Shown in pieces: positions 29,086 to 40,320 of a DNA stretch of 64,000 nucleotides (positions within the stretch are counted from its first letter, which is position 1; every line of letters starts with the position of its first letter). Both the position numbers and the translations under genes were made by a program. This DNA is from an uncultured Chloroflexia bacterium (GTDB lineage: Bacteria; Chloroflexota; Ktedonobacteria; Ktedonobacterales; JADMIN01). The notes beneath the pieces were generated by a model. It searched no databases. It worked only from the letters and a program-made list of their open reading frames with translations, and had not been told where the DNA came from. The stretch lies in the NCBI GenBank assembly GCA_963702665.1, contig CAVPDP010000002.1, forward strand, positions 24,704-88,703. Reading direction: 5' to 3'.

Positions 29086-29210
29086 TCCCCCTGACCCCTC
29101 CCCTAAGGGGAGGGGCCGAGCCAGAGGCAGGGCTCGGCGCCAGATCCACCGCCCTGGTCGCCCTAGCCCCCTCCCCTGTAGGGGAGGGGGCCGAAGGCCG
29201 GGGAGAGGGT
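29086..29210. repeat. GC-rich repeat, arm A plus arm B variant
   Basis: GTCCCCCTGACCCCTCCCCTAAGGGGAGGGGCCGAGCCAGAGGCAGGG...GCCAGATCCACCGCCCTGGTCGCCCTAGCCCCCTCCCCTGTAGGGGAGGGGGCCGAAGGCCGGGGAGAGGGT. Located between the lipoate ligase stop and the ddl start. Confidence 0.9.
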
Positions 29211-29218
29211 CCGCCCGC

Positions 29219-30058
29219 CTACTCCACAATCTTCTCCGCCAGCCGTCTCTCCGCCGCCGCCAGTTCTGCCGATGATGGGTCGCCCGGCTCGAACGTCAGG
29301 TTCAGCGCGGCGGCGAATCCACGCGCCATCGCCTCCGCCGCCTCATCATAGCTGACCGCGCGCCCCAGCGCATCGCTGATCGTGGTGGCCCGCTCGCGCA
29401 GATGCGTTGCCAGCGCCGCCCGTTCCTCTTCGCGCTCGTAGGCGAGATACGGAACCACCCGCGCGATGTCTCCGGTGAGCGGCAGCGACCCATGCTGCAA
29501 GACACGCCCAAACGGTCGGGCCTGCGCGCTGCCAATGAGCTTCTTGTCGTTCACGACAATCTCATACGCGGATGGTACCTCAAAGCAGGCGGCGCTGGCA
29601 TTGTGGACACCACCCGGCACAACGGGATTCATCGCTGGCGCCACTCCGAGCAGCCGCAGGCCCGCCAGCAATCCCTGGCTCAGCTTGCGATAGGCGTCGA
29701 GAATCGCGCCATCGGCGCGTGGATCATCGGGGCGGGTGGCGATGCTGTAGGTCAGTTCATCGGTGTGCAGGATAGCGAACCCACCGGTTGCGCGGCGCAC
29801 CACATCGACGCCATCGGCCCGGCAGCGCGCCAGGTCTACACCGTCGAGCGGCTGGCGTTTGCCGAGCGAGAGGCACGGTGGCTCCCAGGCGTAGAAGCGC
29901 AGCGTCGGCAGCGCCTCGCCCGCCGCCACGGCATCCATGATCGCCTCGTCGAGCGCCATGTTCCACGCGCCCGTTCGCGGCGCGCGCTCGATCATGAGCC
30001 GCCACACCGCCTGGGGATACTCGCCTGCTAGCACTCGATTGTCTGGTGTCTCTGCCAT
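29219..30058 (-). CDS. lipoate-protein ligase / octanoyltransferase family (BPL/LPL catalytic domain)
   Basis: 279 aa with NMALDEAIMDAV...PTLRFYAWEPPCLSLGKRQ...RRATGGFAILH...KKLIGSAQ. Confidence 0.85.
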   Translation of the reverse strand: MAETPDNRVLAGEYPQAVWRLMIERAPRTGAWNMALDEAIMDAVAAGEALPTLRFYAWEPPCLSLGKRQPLDGVDLARCRADGVDVVRRATGGFAILHTDELTYSIATRPDDPRADGAILDAYRKLSQGLLAGLRLLGVAPAMNPVVPGGVHNASAACFEVPSAYEIVVNDKKLIGSAQARPFGRVLQHGSLPLTGDIARVVPYLAYEREEERAALATHLRERATTISDALGRAVSYDEAAEAMARGFAAALNLTFEPGDPSSAELAAAERRLAEKIVE

Positions 30059-30327
30059 CGTCTCGCCCTCAGCTTATCTCGTTGCCCTGTGTCGTCCCTG
30101 CCCTGATAGTATCGCATAGGGCGCCAGGGTGTGAACCTCATCCCCCCGCCCGCGCTCCCAGCCCAATCATCTCCTATCGCCTACAACTCTTGCCGCGCCC
30201 GTAGCGTAGTTCTTGGCGAACACAATTGGATGAGGGGCATACTGTCCGGCTGCCCATGATTCCCGGTTTTCCACGGTATCATCGACTGCGCTGGCTATCT
30301 GGGCCGAGGCGCGGGCGGCGGGGAGCA

Positions 30328-31299
30328 ATGAGCATGGATCAGAACGCGCCAGTACCACACCACAGCGAGGTACAGGTGGAGACGTATGACCGCCCTACTC
30401 ATCCCAAAGCCCCGCCAACGCTGACGCCGCCTCCGTCTGGGAGACGCAGACAACGCGCGCGTCATCGCAGCCCGCGCTGGTTCGTCTGGCTGATTGGCTG
30501 CGTGCTGGCCGTGGTATTGATTGCGCTGCTGGCGTGCGCGCTCGTCGGCGGGTTGGTGGTCGGCATCGTGTTCAAGCTGGCCAACGAAGTCACCGCCAGC
30601 ACAACGTATACGCAGAGCTTCGTGGTGGGCGCCATTCCCTCGCTCGACATCCATAACGCCGCCGGACGCGTGCAGGTGCAGTCAGGAGCGCCGGGAGCCG
30701 TCAGTGTGCAGATCACCAAGAATACTCGCGACACATCGCAGAGCGCCGCGCAGGCCAGTCTCGACACGATCACCGTGACGGCGACACAGACCGACAATCA
30801 GATCACGATCACGGCCGACTTCCAGGGTGAGAGCTTCTTCGCCAGTTCCAGCACCGTCAACCTGCTGATTACTGTGCCGCCAACCGCCAATATCACAGCG
30901 GATGTGACGGCGGGAAACATGGAAGTTGATGGCGTCAGCGGGCTGCTGGAAATCACTGGAGGCGCTGGCACAGCAACCCTGCAAGATGTCGCGCTCACCG
31001 ATGGGTCACGGATACACGAGACCACCGGATCAGTCATCATGCGTGGCGCCATTCCCACCAACGCGACCGTGGATATCGCCGTCAGCACCGGAGATGTGAC
31101 ACTCCAACTGCCCGCAGATACGCAGACGCGGTTAGACGCGCGCACCAACATCGGCGCTATTCAGATCGACGGCTGGCCCCTGGCGCCGACACGCATGAAC
31201 AGCGTTGGCGCGGTGGCGAATGGCGCGCTGGGCGCAGAGCCATCGGGAACCCTGCACATCCGGGTGGACACTGGCGACATTACCGTGAGCCAGTTGTAA
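30328..31299 (+). CDS. DUF4097-type beta-strand repeat protein with N-terminal TM anchor
   Basis: Start at MSMDQNAP after GGGGAG. Has a TM segment WFVWLIGCVLAVVLIALLACALVGGLVVGIVF, followed by repeated V-x-V/I-x-T strands. Confidence 0.7.
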   Translation: MSMDQNAPVPHHSEVQVETYDRPTHPKAPPTLTPPPSGRRRQRARHRSPRWFVWLIGCVLAVVLIALLACALVGGLVVGIVFKLANEVTASTTYTQSFVVGAIPSLDIHNAAGRVQVQSGAPGAVSVQITKNTRDTSQSAAQASLDTITVTATQTDNQITITADFQGESFFASSSTVNLLITVPPTANITADVTAGNMEVDGVSGLLEITGGAGTATLQDVALTDGSRIHETTGSVIMRGAIPTNATVDIAVSTGDVTLQLPADTQTRLDARTNIGAIQIDGWPLAPTRMNSVGAVANGALGAEPSGTLHIRVDTGDITVSQL

Positions 31300-31323
31300 T
31301 GCGGTAATGCGGCCAGCCTCGTC

Positions 31324-31749
31324 TCAGGGTTGGCCAGTCATGAACGCGCGCACCGCCGCGCCAATCACGGCGACCGCCGCGATCACCATGATGATGATAT
31401 CGCGCCGCATCTGATGCTGGTCGCTATAGACGTAGGCGACTGGAATCGCGAGCAGGACGATACCACCATACACGTAGTGCAGGCCATCGCCGGGCCGCGC
31501 GCCTTGCAGATACATCAGGCCGCCGATGATCGCCTGGAGCAGCCCCAGCGCCGCCGTGATGGTCAGCAGCACACGGAAGACACGCAGCGCGGCGCCACCG
31601 CCCTGGTCAGAGCCGCGACCGCGTACGAGTATCAGCAGCACAATGCCACAAATCAGGGTAATGCCACCGGCAGCCAGAATCACTGGCGCGGTATCCTCAT
31701 GAATCTTAATCAGCGTCTGTAGCACAACAGCCTCCACAAAACAGCACAT
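31324..31749 (-). CDS. hypothetical integral membrane protein (4 TM)
   Basis: 141 aa and hydrophobic throughout. No recognisable family. Confidence 0.55.
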   Translation of the reverse strand: MCCFVEAVVLQTLIKIHEDTAPVILAAGGITLICGIVLLILVRGRGSDQGGGAALRVFRVLLTITAALGLLQAIIGGLMYLQGARPGDGLHYVYGGIVLLAIPVAYVYSDQHQMRRDIIIMVIAAVAVIGAAVRAFMTGQP

Positions 31750-31856
31750 CTCGATCAGAACAAAACCGATGAGTTCTGCGTTGGACTATACCTGTATCAG
31801 CGGCCTACAGGCAACTGCCGGGAAACGCGCATGGCATCCCAATAGCATCCCAGGCG

Positions 31857-31892
31857 CACAAAAACGCCCTTCTCCACGTTGGAAGGAAGGGC
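31857..31892 (-). terminator. intrinsic terminator after small ORF 31951..32154
   Basis: The minus strand has GCCCTTC-CTTCCAACGTGGA-GAAGGGC followed by GTTTTTGTG. Confidence 0.6.
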
Positions 31893-31950
31893 AATTTGGT
31901 CGTACGCAGGCCGGGCTACCACAAGGGCGCTAGTGGCGCGAGGTTGCGGG

Positions 31951-32154
31951 CTAGTGCGAGGCTGGCGCTGGGTGTCCCTCGCGCATGCGCTCGCCAGCGG
32001 CGATCAGCGTGTCGGCCATCGCCAGCAGCACCCGCTCTGGCAGGGACGGTTGGGCCTCGCGACCTTCCTGCATCAGGCGGGCCAGTTCGGCCTTGCGGTC
32101 AAGTTCGCGTTGCTGTTCGTGAGTGGATTCCATCAACAGGGCTGGATCGAACAT
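31951..32154 (-). CDS. small hypothetical protein (67 aa)
   Basis: Strong RBS (GGAGGAGAAAATACTC-ATG), a consensus-like promoter upstream and a terminator downstream. Helical, charged sequence with no family recognised. Confidence 0.55.
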   Translation of the reverse strand: MFDPALLMESTHEQQRELDRKAELARLMQEGREAQPSLPERVLLAMADTLIAAGERMREGHPAPASH

Positions 32155-32245
32155 GAGTATTTTCTCCTCCGGATGCGCCCGAGAGCCAGGTTCCAGCCAG
32201 CAATCGGAGCGGGTTCACTGCCATCACATTGCCTGGGATACCAAG

Positions 32246-32286
32246 TATATACCATGGCGAATTAATAAAGTCAATAGTGATATTGA
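32246..32286 (-). promoter_or_regulatory. near-consensus promoter (TTGACT-17-TATATA) overlapped by a 16-bp palindrome TCAATAGTGATATTGA
   Basis: On the minus strand, -35 TTGACT lies at 32269-32274 and -10 TATATA at 32246-32251. The palindrome lies at 32271-32286. All sit inside a ~100-bp AT-rich island in GC-rich DNA. Confidence 0.5.
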
Positions 32287-32391
32287 TTTTATTTCAAATT
32301 CGATTAATATTCATCTTTTCACACACCGGCGCCACCAGAGAGTACAATCCTTGCAACAGCAGAACGCGGCGAGATGAGGAGAGATGCGGTC

Positions 32392-33573
32392 ATGGGCAGA
32401 CTCGAACGCGCCATCGTCATCGTGCTCGATGGCGTCGGCGTTGGCCAGGCTCCCGACGCGGCGGCCTACGGCGATGACGGCGCAAACTGTCTGGCGAACT
32501 GCGCGCTGGCCGTGGGTGGACTGTCCCTGCCGACGCTGGGCAGCCTCGGTCTGGGCAACCTCACCAAGATCGCAGGCACGCCACCACAGGCGCCAGTGGG
32601 AGCATGTGGCCGCCTGGTCGAACGCTCGCCCGGCAAAGACAGCACGACCGGCCACTGGGAACTTATGGGCGTCGTGCTCGATGCGCCGCTGCCGACATAC
32701 CCTCATGGCTTTCCAGCGGAGTTGGTCGCCCAATTCGAGGCTGCGATTGGCCGCCACATCCTCGGCAACACACCAGCCTCAGGTACGGCGATTCTCGAAG
32801 AACTGGGCGCCGAACACCTGCGCACCGGCTCGCCCATCCTCTATACCTCCGCCGATAGTGTCTTCCAGCTTGCCGCGCATGAAGATGTCATCGCCGTCGC
32901 CGACCTCTACCGCATGTGTGAGATCGCGCGGGGCCTGCTTACCGGAGACCATGCGGTGGGGCGCGTCATCGCCCGCCCGTTTACCGGCGTCCCCGGCGCC
33001 TTTATCCGCACGCCACGCCGCCGCGACTTCTCGCTGCCGCCACCCGCGCCGACGCTGCTCGACACGCTGAAAGCGAGCGGGCGCGAGGTGATTGGCATCG
33101 GCAAGATTGCGGATCTCTTCGCCGGGCGTGGCCTGACCGCCAGCAACCACACCACGACCAACGCCGAGGCGCAGGCGGCGACACTGGAGCAGCTTGCGCG
33201 TCCTTTTGCTGGGCTGCTCTTCGTCAATCTGGTGGAGTTCGACCAGAGCTTCGGCCACCGACGCAATCCCCAGGGCTACGCCGCTGCGTTGCGGGCGTTC
33301 GACGCATGGCTGCCGTCGGCGCTGGCGGCCCTTGGCGCCGGCGATGCGCTATTTATCACTGGCGACCACGGAACCGACCCCACCTGGCGCGGTACCGATC
33401 ACACCCGCGAAAGCGTCCCATTGCTGGTGGCGGGCGCATCCGTGCAAGCTGGAGTCTATCTGGGCGCACGCGCCAGCTTCGCCGATCTGGGCGCGACGCT
33501 GGCCGAGGCGTTTGGCCTGCCGCCGCTCGCCAATGGCAGCAGTTTCGCGCGCGAGATTGGGCTGGCGGAATAG
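32392..33573 (+). CDS. deoB: phosphopentomutase
   Basis: MGRLERAIVIVLDGVGVG...KDSTTGHWELMG...FVNLVEFDQSFGHRRN...ITGDHGTDP. Confidence 0.92.
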   Translation: MGRLERAIVIVLDGVGVGQAPDAAAYGDDGANCLANCALAVGGLSLPTLGSLGLGNLTKIAGTPPQAPVGACGRLVERSPGKDSTTGHWELMGVVLDAPLPTYPHGFPAELVAQFEAAIGRHILGNTPASGTAILEELGAEHLRTGSPILYTSADSVFQLAAHEDVIAVADLYRMCEIARGLLTGDHAVGRVIARPFTGVPGAFIRTPRRRDFSLPPPAPTLLDTLKASGREVIGIGKIADLFAGRGLTASNHTTTNAEAQAATLEQLARPFAGLLFVNLVEFDQSFGHRRNPQGYAAALRAFDAWLPSALAALGAGDALFITGDHGTDPTWRGTDHTRESVPLLVAGASVQAGVYLGARASFADLGATLAEAFGLPPLANGSSFAREIGLAE

Positions 33574-33584
33574 AAGTCTCGCGG

Positions 33585-34139
33585 CTAGCTATCGCCATGC
33601 ACGCGGCTATAGACCACCATATCGTGCCAGCGTCCGCCGCGCCAACTTGCCGAGCGCGCCACGCCCTCCCGCGTGAATCCGGCGCGTTCGAGCGCCCGTT
33701 GCTCGGCGATATTCTCGCTATCGGTGCTCGCCTCCACGCGGCCAATAGGGAACGCGAAGAGCAGGTAGTCGGCAAATAACCGCTGCGCCTCGCTGCCAAA
33801 TCCGTTGCCGCGCTCCTCTGGCTCGACCGAGATGCCAATGTTGTACGCGCGCGAATAGACGCCATACGACACCTGATGGCAACTCACCATGCCGACGGCC
33901 TTGCCATCCTTGCGCACGATCAGCAGCGCGCCGCCCTCCGCCGTCAGCGCTGGCCTGTCGCTATAGCGGCGGCGCACATCGTCGAACGACATCGGCCGTG
34001 GCGTATCGTACTCCCCGGCGTCTGCGGGATCGTTGGCCCAGCGATGCGCCAGCGGCAAATCCGCCTCCTCGACCGCGCGCAAATCTACACGCGCTCCATG
34101 CAACATCAGCGTAGGCGACGGATTCTGCGATGCGGGCAT
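33585..34139 (-). CDS. GNAT family N-acetyltransferase (RimJ/RimL-like)
   Basis: Start at MPASQNP (ATG 34137-34139) after GGAG. Shows ...YNIGISVEPEERGNGFGSEAQRL...ENIAEQRALERAGFTREG. Confidence 0.8.
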   Translation of the reverse strand: MPASQNPSPTLMLHGARVDLRAVEEADLPLAHRWANDPADAGEYDTPRPMSFDDVRRRYSDRPALTAEGGALLIVRKDGKAVGMVSCHQVSYGVYSRAYNIGISVEPEERGNGFGSEAQRLFADYLLFAFPIGRVEASTDSENIAEQRALERAGFTREGVARSASWRGGRWHDMVVYSRVHGDS

Positions 34140-34231
34140 GAGGAGACTCCTTCTATCTCTATGACAGACTATGACAGGCTGGCGAATGTCCACAGCGAGT
34201 ATCACACGGAAGGCAATGCACGACAAGCGGC

Positions 34232-35399
34232 TCATCCCACCAGGCGATCCCAGAGGGAGGGCTGCACCAGGTCGTGGCCCGCGCGCACCTGACGCACGAC
34301 ACCAGCCGCGCCATTGGCCGGGCTGAGCGCGCTGAGCGCGACGCCGAGCAGCCTGATCGCCCGCACGCCGTCGAGCAGGGGAGCAATCTCCTGACGCAGC
34401 ACCGTCTCCGCCGCCTCGGCGAGCATATCGGCCTGTGCGGTTGGCGACGCCAGTGGTTGCTGGCGGGTGACGATCTGAAAATTGGACCACTTCACCTTGA
34501 GCGTGATGGTGCGTCCAATCATGCCCTTGCTCGCGGCCCGACGCGCCACCGCCAGCGCCAGTTCGCGTACGTGTCCGGTGGCGCGCTCGACATCGGCGAT
34601 GTCACGCTCGTAGGTATTCTCGCGCGAGATGCTTTTGGGCGGCTCATGCTCGGCCTCGACCGGGCGATCATCCTCGCCATGCGCCAGACGCCAGAGCCAG
34701 CCGCCGTGTTTGCCCAACAGCGTCTCCAGGTCGCGGAGGTCGCGCGCGGCCAGATCACCCACGGTTCGGATGCCCAGGCGTTCCAGCCGTTCGCGCGTGT
34801 GCGGGCCAACCCCATTGAGTCTGCCCACCGCCAGCGGATGCAGGAACGCCTCTTCCTGGTCAGGCCGGACAATCAGGCAGCCATCAGGCTTAGAGGCGTC
34901 ACTGGCCAGCTTGGCAATCGATTTGCTGCGCCCGATACCAACCGAGATCACCAGCCCCGTCTCCGCGAGCACACGCAGCTTGACGCGCCGCGCAATCGAC
35001 TCCGCGCGTTCGCATCCCGCGCAGCCCCGGCGGCAACTCGCCATACGCCTCATCCACCGACACCTGCTCCAGCGCCAATACCGCGTCTTCGAGAATCGCC
35101 ATCACCCGCCGCGATAACTCACGATAGCGCTCGAAACGCGGGCGCAGAAAGATGGCGTGCGGACAGAGACGGCGCGCCTGAGCGGCGGCCATTGCGCTGC
35201 CAATGCCGTAGCGACGGGCGGCATAATTGGCGGTGCTCACCACTCCGCGCCGATCAGGATCGCCACCGACAATCACCGGCTTGCCGCGCAACGATGGATC
35301 ATCCAACTCCTCGACGGCGGCGAAGAAGCAATCGAGATCGGCATGGAGCACACGGCGGAATCCCTGGGCTGGTATGACCACGGCTCTCACCCTCCTCAT
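34232..35399 (-). CDS. dinB: DNA polymerase IV (Y-family), one frameshift near 35025
   Basis: The N-terminal part has ILHADLDCFFAAVEELDDPSLRGKPVIVGG...VSVDEAY (34899..35438 frame). The C-terminal part has SIARRVKLRVLAETGLVISVGIGRSKSIAKLASDASKPDG (34232..35053 frame). Confidence 0.85.
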
Positions 35400-35448
35400 A
35401 GGTCGCACGTTCTCGCTTGCCTGCCTTTTCAGGTACAAGTATACAGAA

Positions 35449-35460
35449 GAAAGAACAAAT
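35449..35460. promoter_or_regulatory. possible LexA (Cheo-type) box upstream of dinB
   Basis: GAACAAATGGTC differs from GAAC-N4-GTTC by one base. It lies about 50 nt upstream of the dinB start. Confidence 0.3.
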
Positions 35461-35528
35461 GGTCTAGTATTTTACGTACTCGCATGAGGCAAATTGTGAG
35501 GGAACGTCCCGAAATGGCGGGCGTCACA

Positions 35529-35537
35529 TGCTATAAT
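35529..35537 (+). promoter_or_regulatory. candidate extended -10 promoter (TGCTATAAT) for secA
   Basis: A perfect TATAAT is preceded by TGc, about 190 nt upstream of the secA ATG. No clear -35. Confidence 0.35.
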
Positions 35538-35725
35538 AAGGGGGTGTCCAGACAGAAATGGGCGCGCTCCTGCTGTAGCAAATTCAGACTCCACATGGTG
35601 GAGATATTTGGCGCGTCGTGCGTATACATATGCATAGACAGAGATGTACATGGAAGGGGTATTCCCCCCACAAGTGTTTTCAATAGGTAGCACTAGAAGA
35701 GCATGATGAAAGACCGGGTTCGAGC

Positions 35726-38605
<2,880 letters not shown>

Positions 38606-38633
38606 ATGGCTGGGTCAACCGTACGCTAACAGC

Positions 38634-38674
38634 AATCCCCCCGTCCGAATCACTCCGGCGGGGGGATTGTTTAT
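38634..38674 (+). terminator. intrinsic terminator after secA (bidirectional position)
   Basis: AATCCCCCCG-15 nt-CGGGGGGATT followed by GTTTAT. Confidence 0.6.
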
Positions 38675-38692
38675 GCGGTCGTGCGACGCGCG

Positions 38693-39427
38693 CTAGAGGC
38701 TGTATTTCGCCCAGTCGGTGAACGGCTTGGCCTGGACATTCGGGCTGTTGTAGAGAATGACAATGGTCTCGTGATCCGCCAACGCGATGGCGCGCGGATC
38801 GCTCGTTACCTGCTTCACTTTGCCCGACGCATCGAAGACCTGATAGACCACCTTGTGCGTGCTATCGACCGGATTGCCCATCACATCGGTCGTGCTGAGC
38901 GACTTGCCCCAGATATCGAAGAAATTACCGAGGGTGTAGGTCTTCACAATCGGCGACTCGATATGAATGATGTTTGGCTCGGTATCATGGACATGCAACG
39001 GATACAAGCAGGTTTTCAAGCCATCCGAGCCCAGGGCTGATCCGCCAGAGCCGGGAGGAGCGACGATGCCCGCGCCGGGCGGCACCGTAACTGGCTGTCC
39101 GTTCACATAGATTTCTAGATACGAGTGAATGTGGAAGACGAGTTGCTCGCTGCTCGTGCAGGTCATACCATCCACCACCTGCCCACTGGCGGGCTGCAAT
39201 CCACCTGTGCTCGTTGTGGACGGCCCCTGATGCGTGCTAACCAGCAGCACCGTCACCAGCGCGATAACCAGGATCACGCCGCCAATGATACTCCCCAGCC
39301 GCAGCCGCTGACTGCGAATCTGGCGCTGGCGTTCACGTTTGAGCGCTGCCTGCCGCTCTGCTAACTGTTGTTGACGCGCATTCCGGCGCTGATCCCGTTT
39401 CGTCGTCGAACCCCCTGGGCCGCTCAT
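38693..39427 (-). CDS. hypothetical membrane-anchored secreted protein
   Basis: Start at MSGPGGST (ATG 39425-39427) after GGAGAAAGG. Has a basic N-terminus and a TM segment IIGGVILVIALVTVLLV. The C-terminal domain reads ...HIHSYLEIYVNGQPVTVPPGAGI...LHVHDTEPNIIHIESP...LGNFFDIWG. Confidence 0.6.
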   Translation of the reverse strand: MSGPGGSTTKRDQRRNARQQQLAERQAALKRERQRQIRSQRLRLGSIIGGVILVIALVTVLLVSTHQGPSTTSTGGLQPASGQVVDGMTCTSSEQLVFHIHSYLEIYVNGQPVTVPPGAGIVAPPGSGGSALGSDGLKTCLYPLHVHDTEPNIIHIESPIVKTYTLGNFFDIWGKSLSTTDVMGNPVDSTHKVVYQVFDASGKVKQVTSDPRAIALADHETIVILYNSPNVQAKPFTDWAKYSL

Positions 39428-39663
39428 AACTGCCTTTCTCCGAATAATTGCTCGATGATTGCGTGCGTTTGGAGGGTCTCGCTGACCCACCCATGACATA
39501 TACGAAGGAGGGCACATCTGAGTGAGCGCGTCCCCTGATATATGGCGCAAGGACACAAACGCGCACAGTATATGGCGCGGGCAAGGATGTGTCAACGAGC
39601 GTCCGCGCATGCGGGAACGCGAATATCTCGAGTAGACCGAGGACTGCGAGCTTCCTGGCAGCC

Positions 39664-40083
39664 TTACTGATCGCTCAAGACGAATTCGCCCTCGGCCAGG
39701 CGTCGACCATCCTGATTCTCGCAATGGGCAAAGACACGAACTGTCTGGGTTGCGTCATCGCGGCCCGCCAATTCAGCCGTCGCGGTGAGGGTATCGTCGG
39801 TATAGACTGGCTCGATGAAGCGAATGCTCTCGCTGAGGAAGCGCACCGAGCCAGGTCGCAATCCATGCTGCGCGGCGGCTCCTGAGAGCATCGCGGCAAT
39901 CATCGCCATCGGCGCGATTTGTCGCGTACTCTGCGCGGGTATCGGTATCTGCTCCGGTGTCACTGTCGTCTGGCCCGTCACCAGCAAGAAAAGCGCCACA
40001 TCGGCATCGGAGATTTGCTTCGTGAGCGTTGTCACTGCGCCATCCTGGTGTGAGGTAGTTTCATTCACCGCTCGCTCCGTCAT
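39664..40083 (-). CDS. MaoC-like / hotdog-fold dehydratase
   Basis: 139 aa with ISDADVALFLLVTGQ... and a hotdog-like C-terminal half. Confidence 0.6.
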   Translation of the reverse strand: MTERAVNETTSHQDGAVTTLTKQISDADVALFLLVTGQTTVTPEQIPIPAQSTRQIAPMAMIAAMLSGAAAQHGLRPGSVRFLSESIRFIEPVYTDDTLTATAELAGRDDATQTVRVFAHCENQDGRRLAEGEFVLSDQ

Positions 40084-40320
40084 CTGTTAGACTGCGCGCC
40101 AGTAGGCGCGCCTTGGGCGAGTATAGCATGTGTCTGACCTGGAAGCAATGCGCTATCGCCCGCGAGGGGGATTTTTCAGCCTTTCGTGACCGTTTGCCGC
40201 CGCTGGTTCGTTCAGTCAATGAATGGGATGGGTTACGTGCTGCATGGCGTATAATGCGGTGGCGCCACAACACCCCACCAGGCGAGTGGGTGGAGCGATG
40301 AGTGAGGCGGTGGAATTTTT

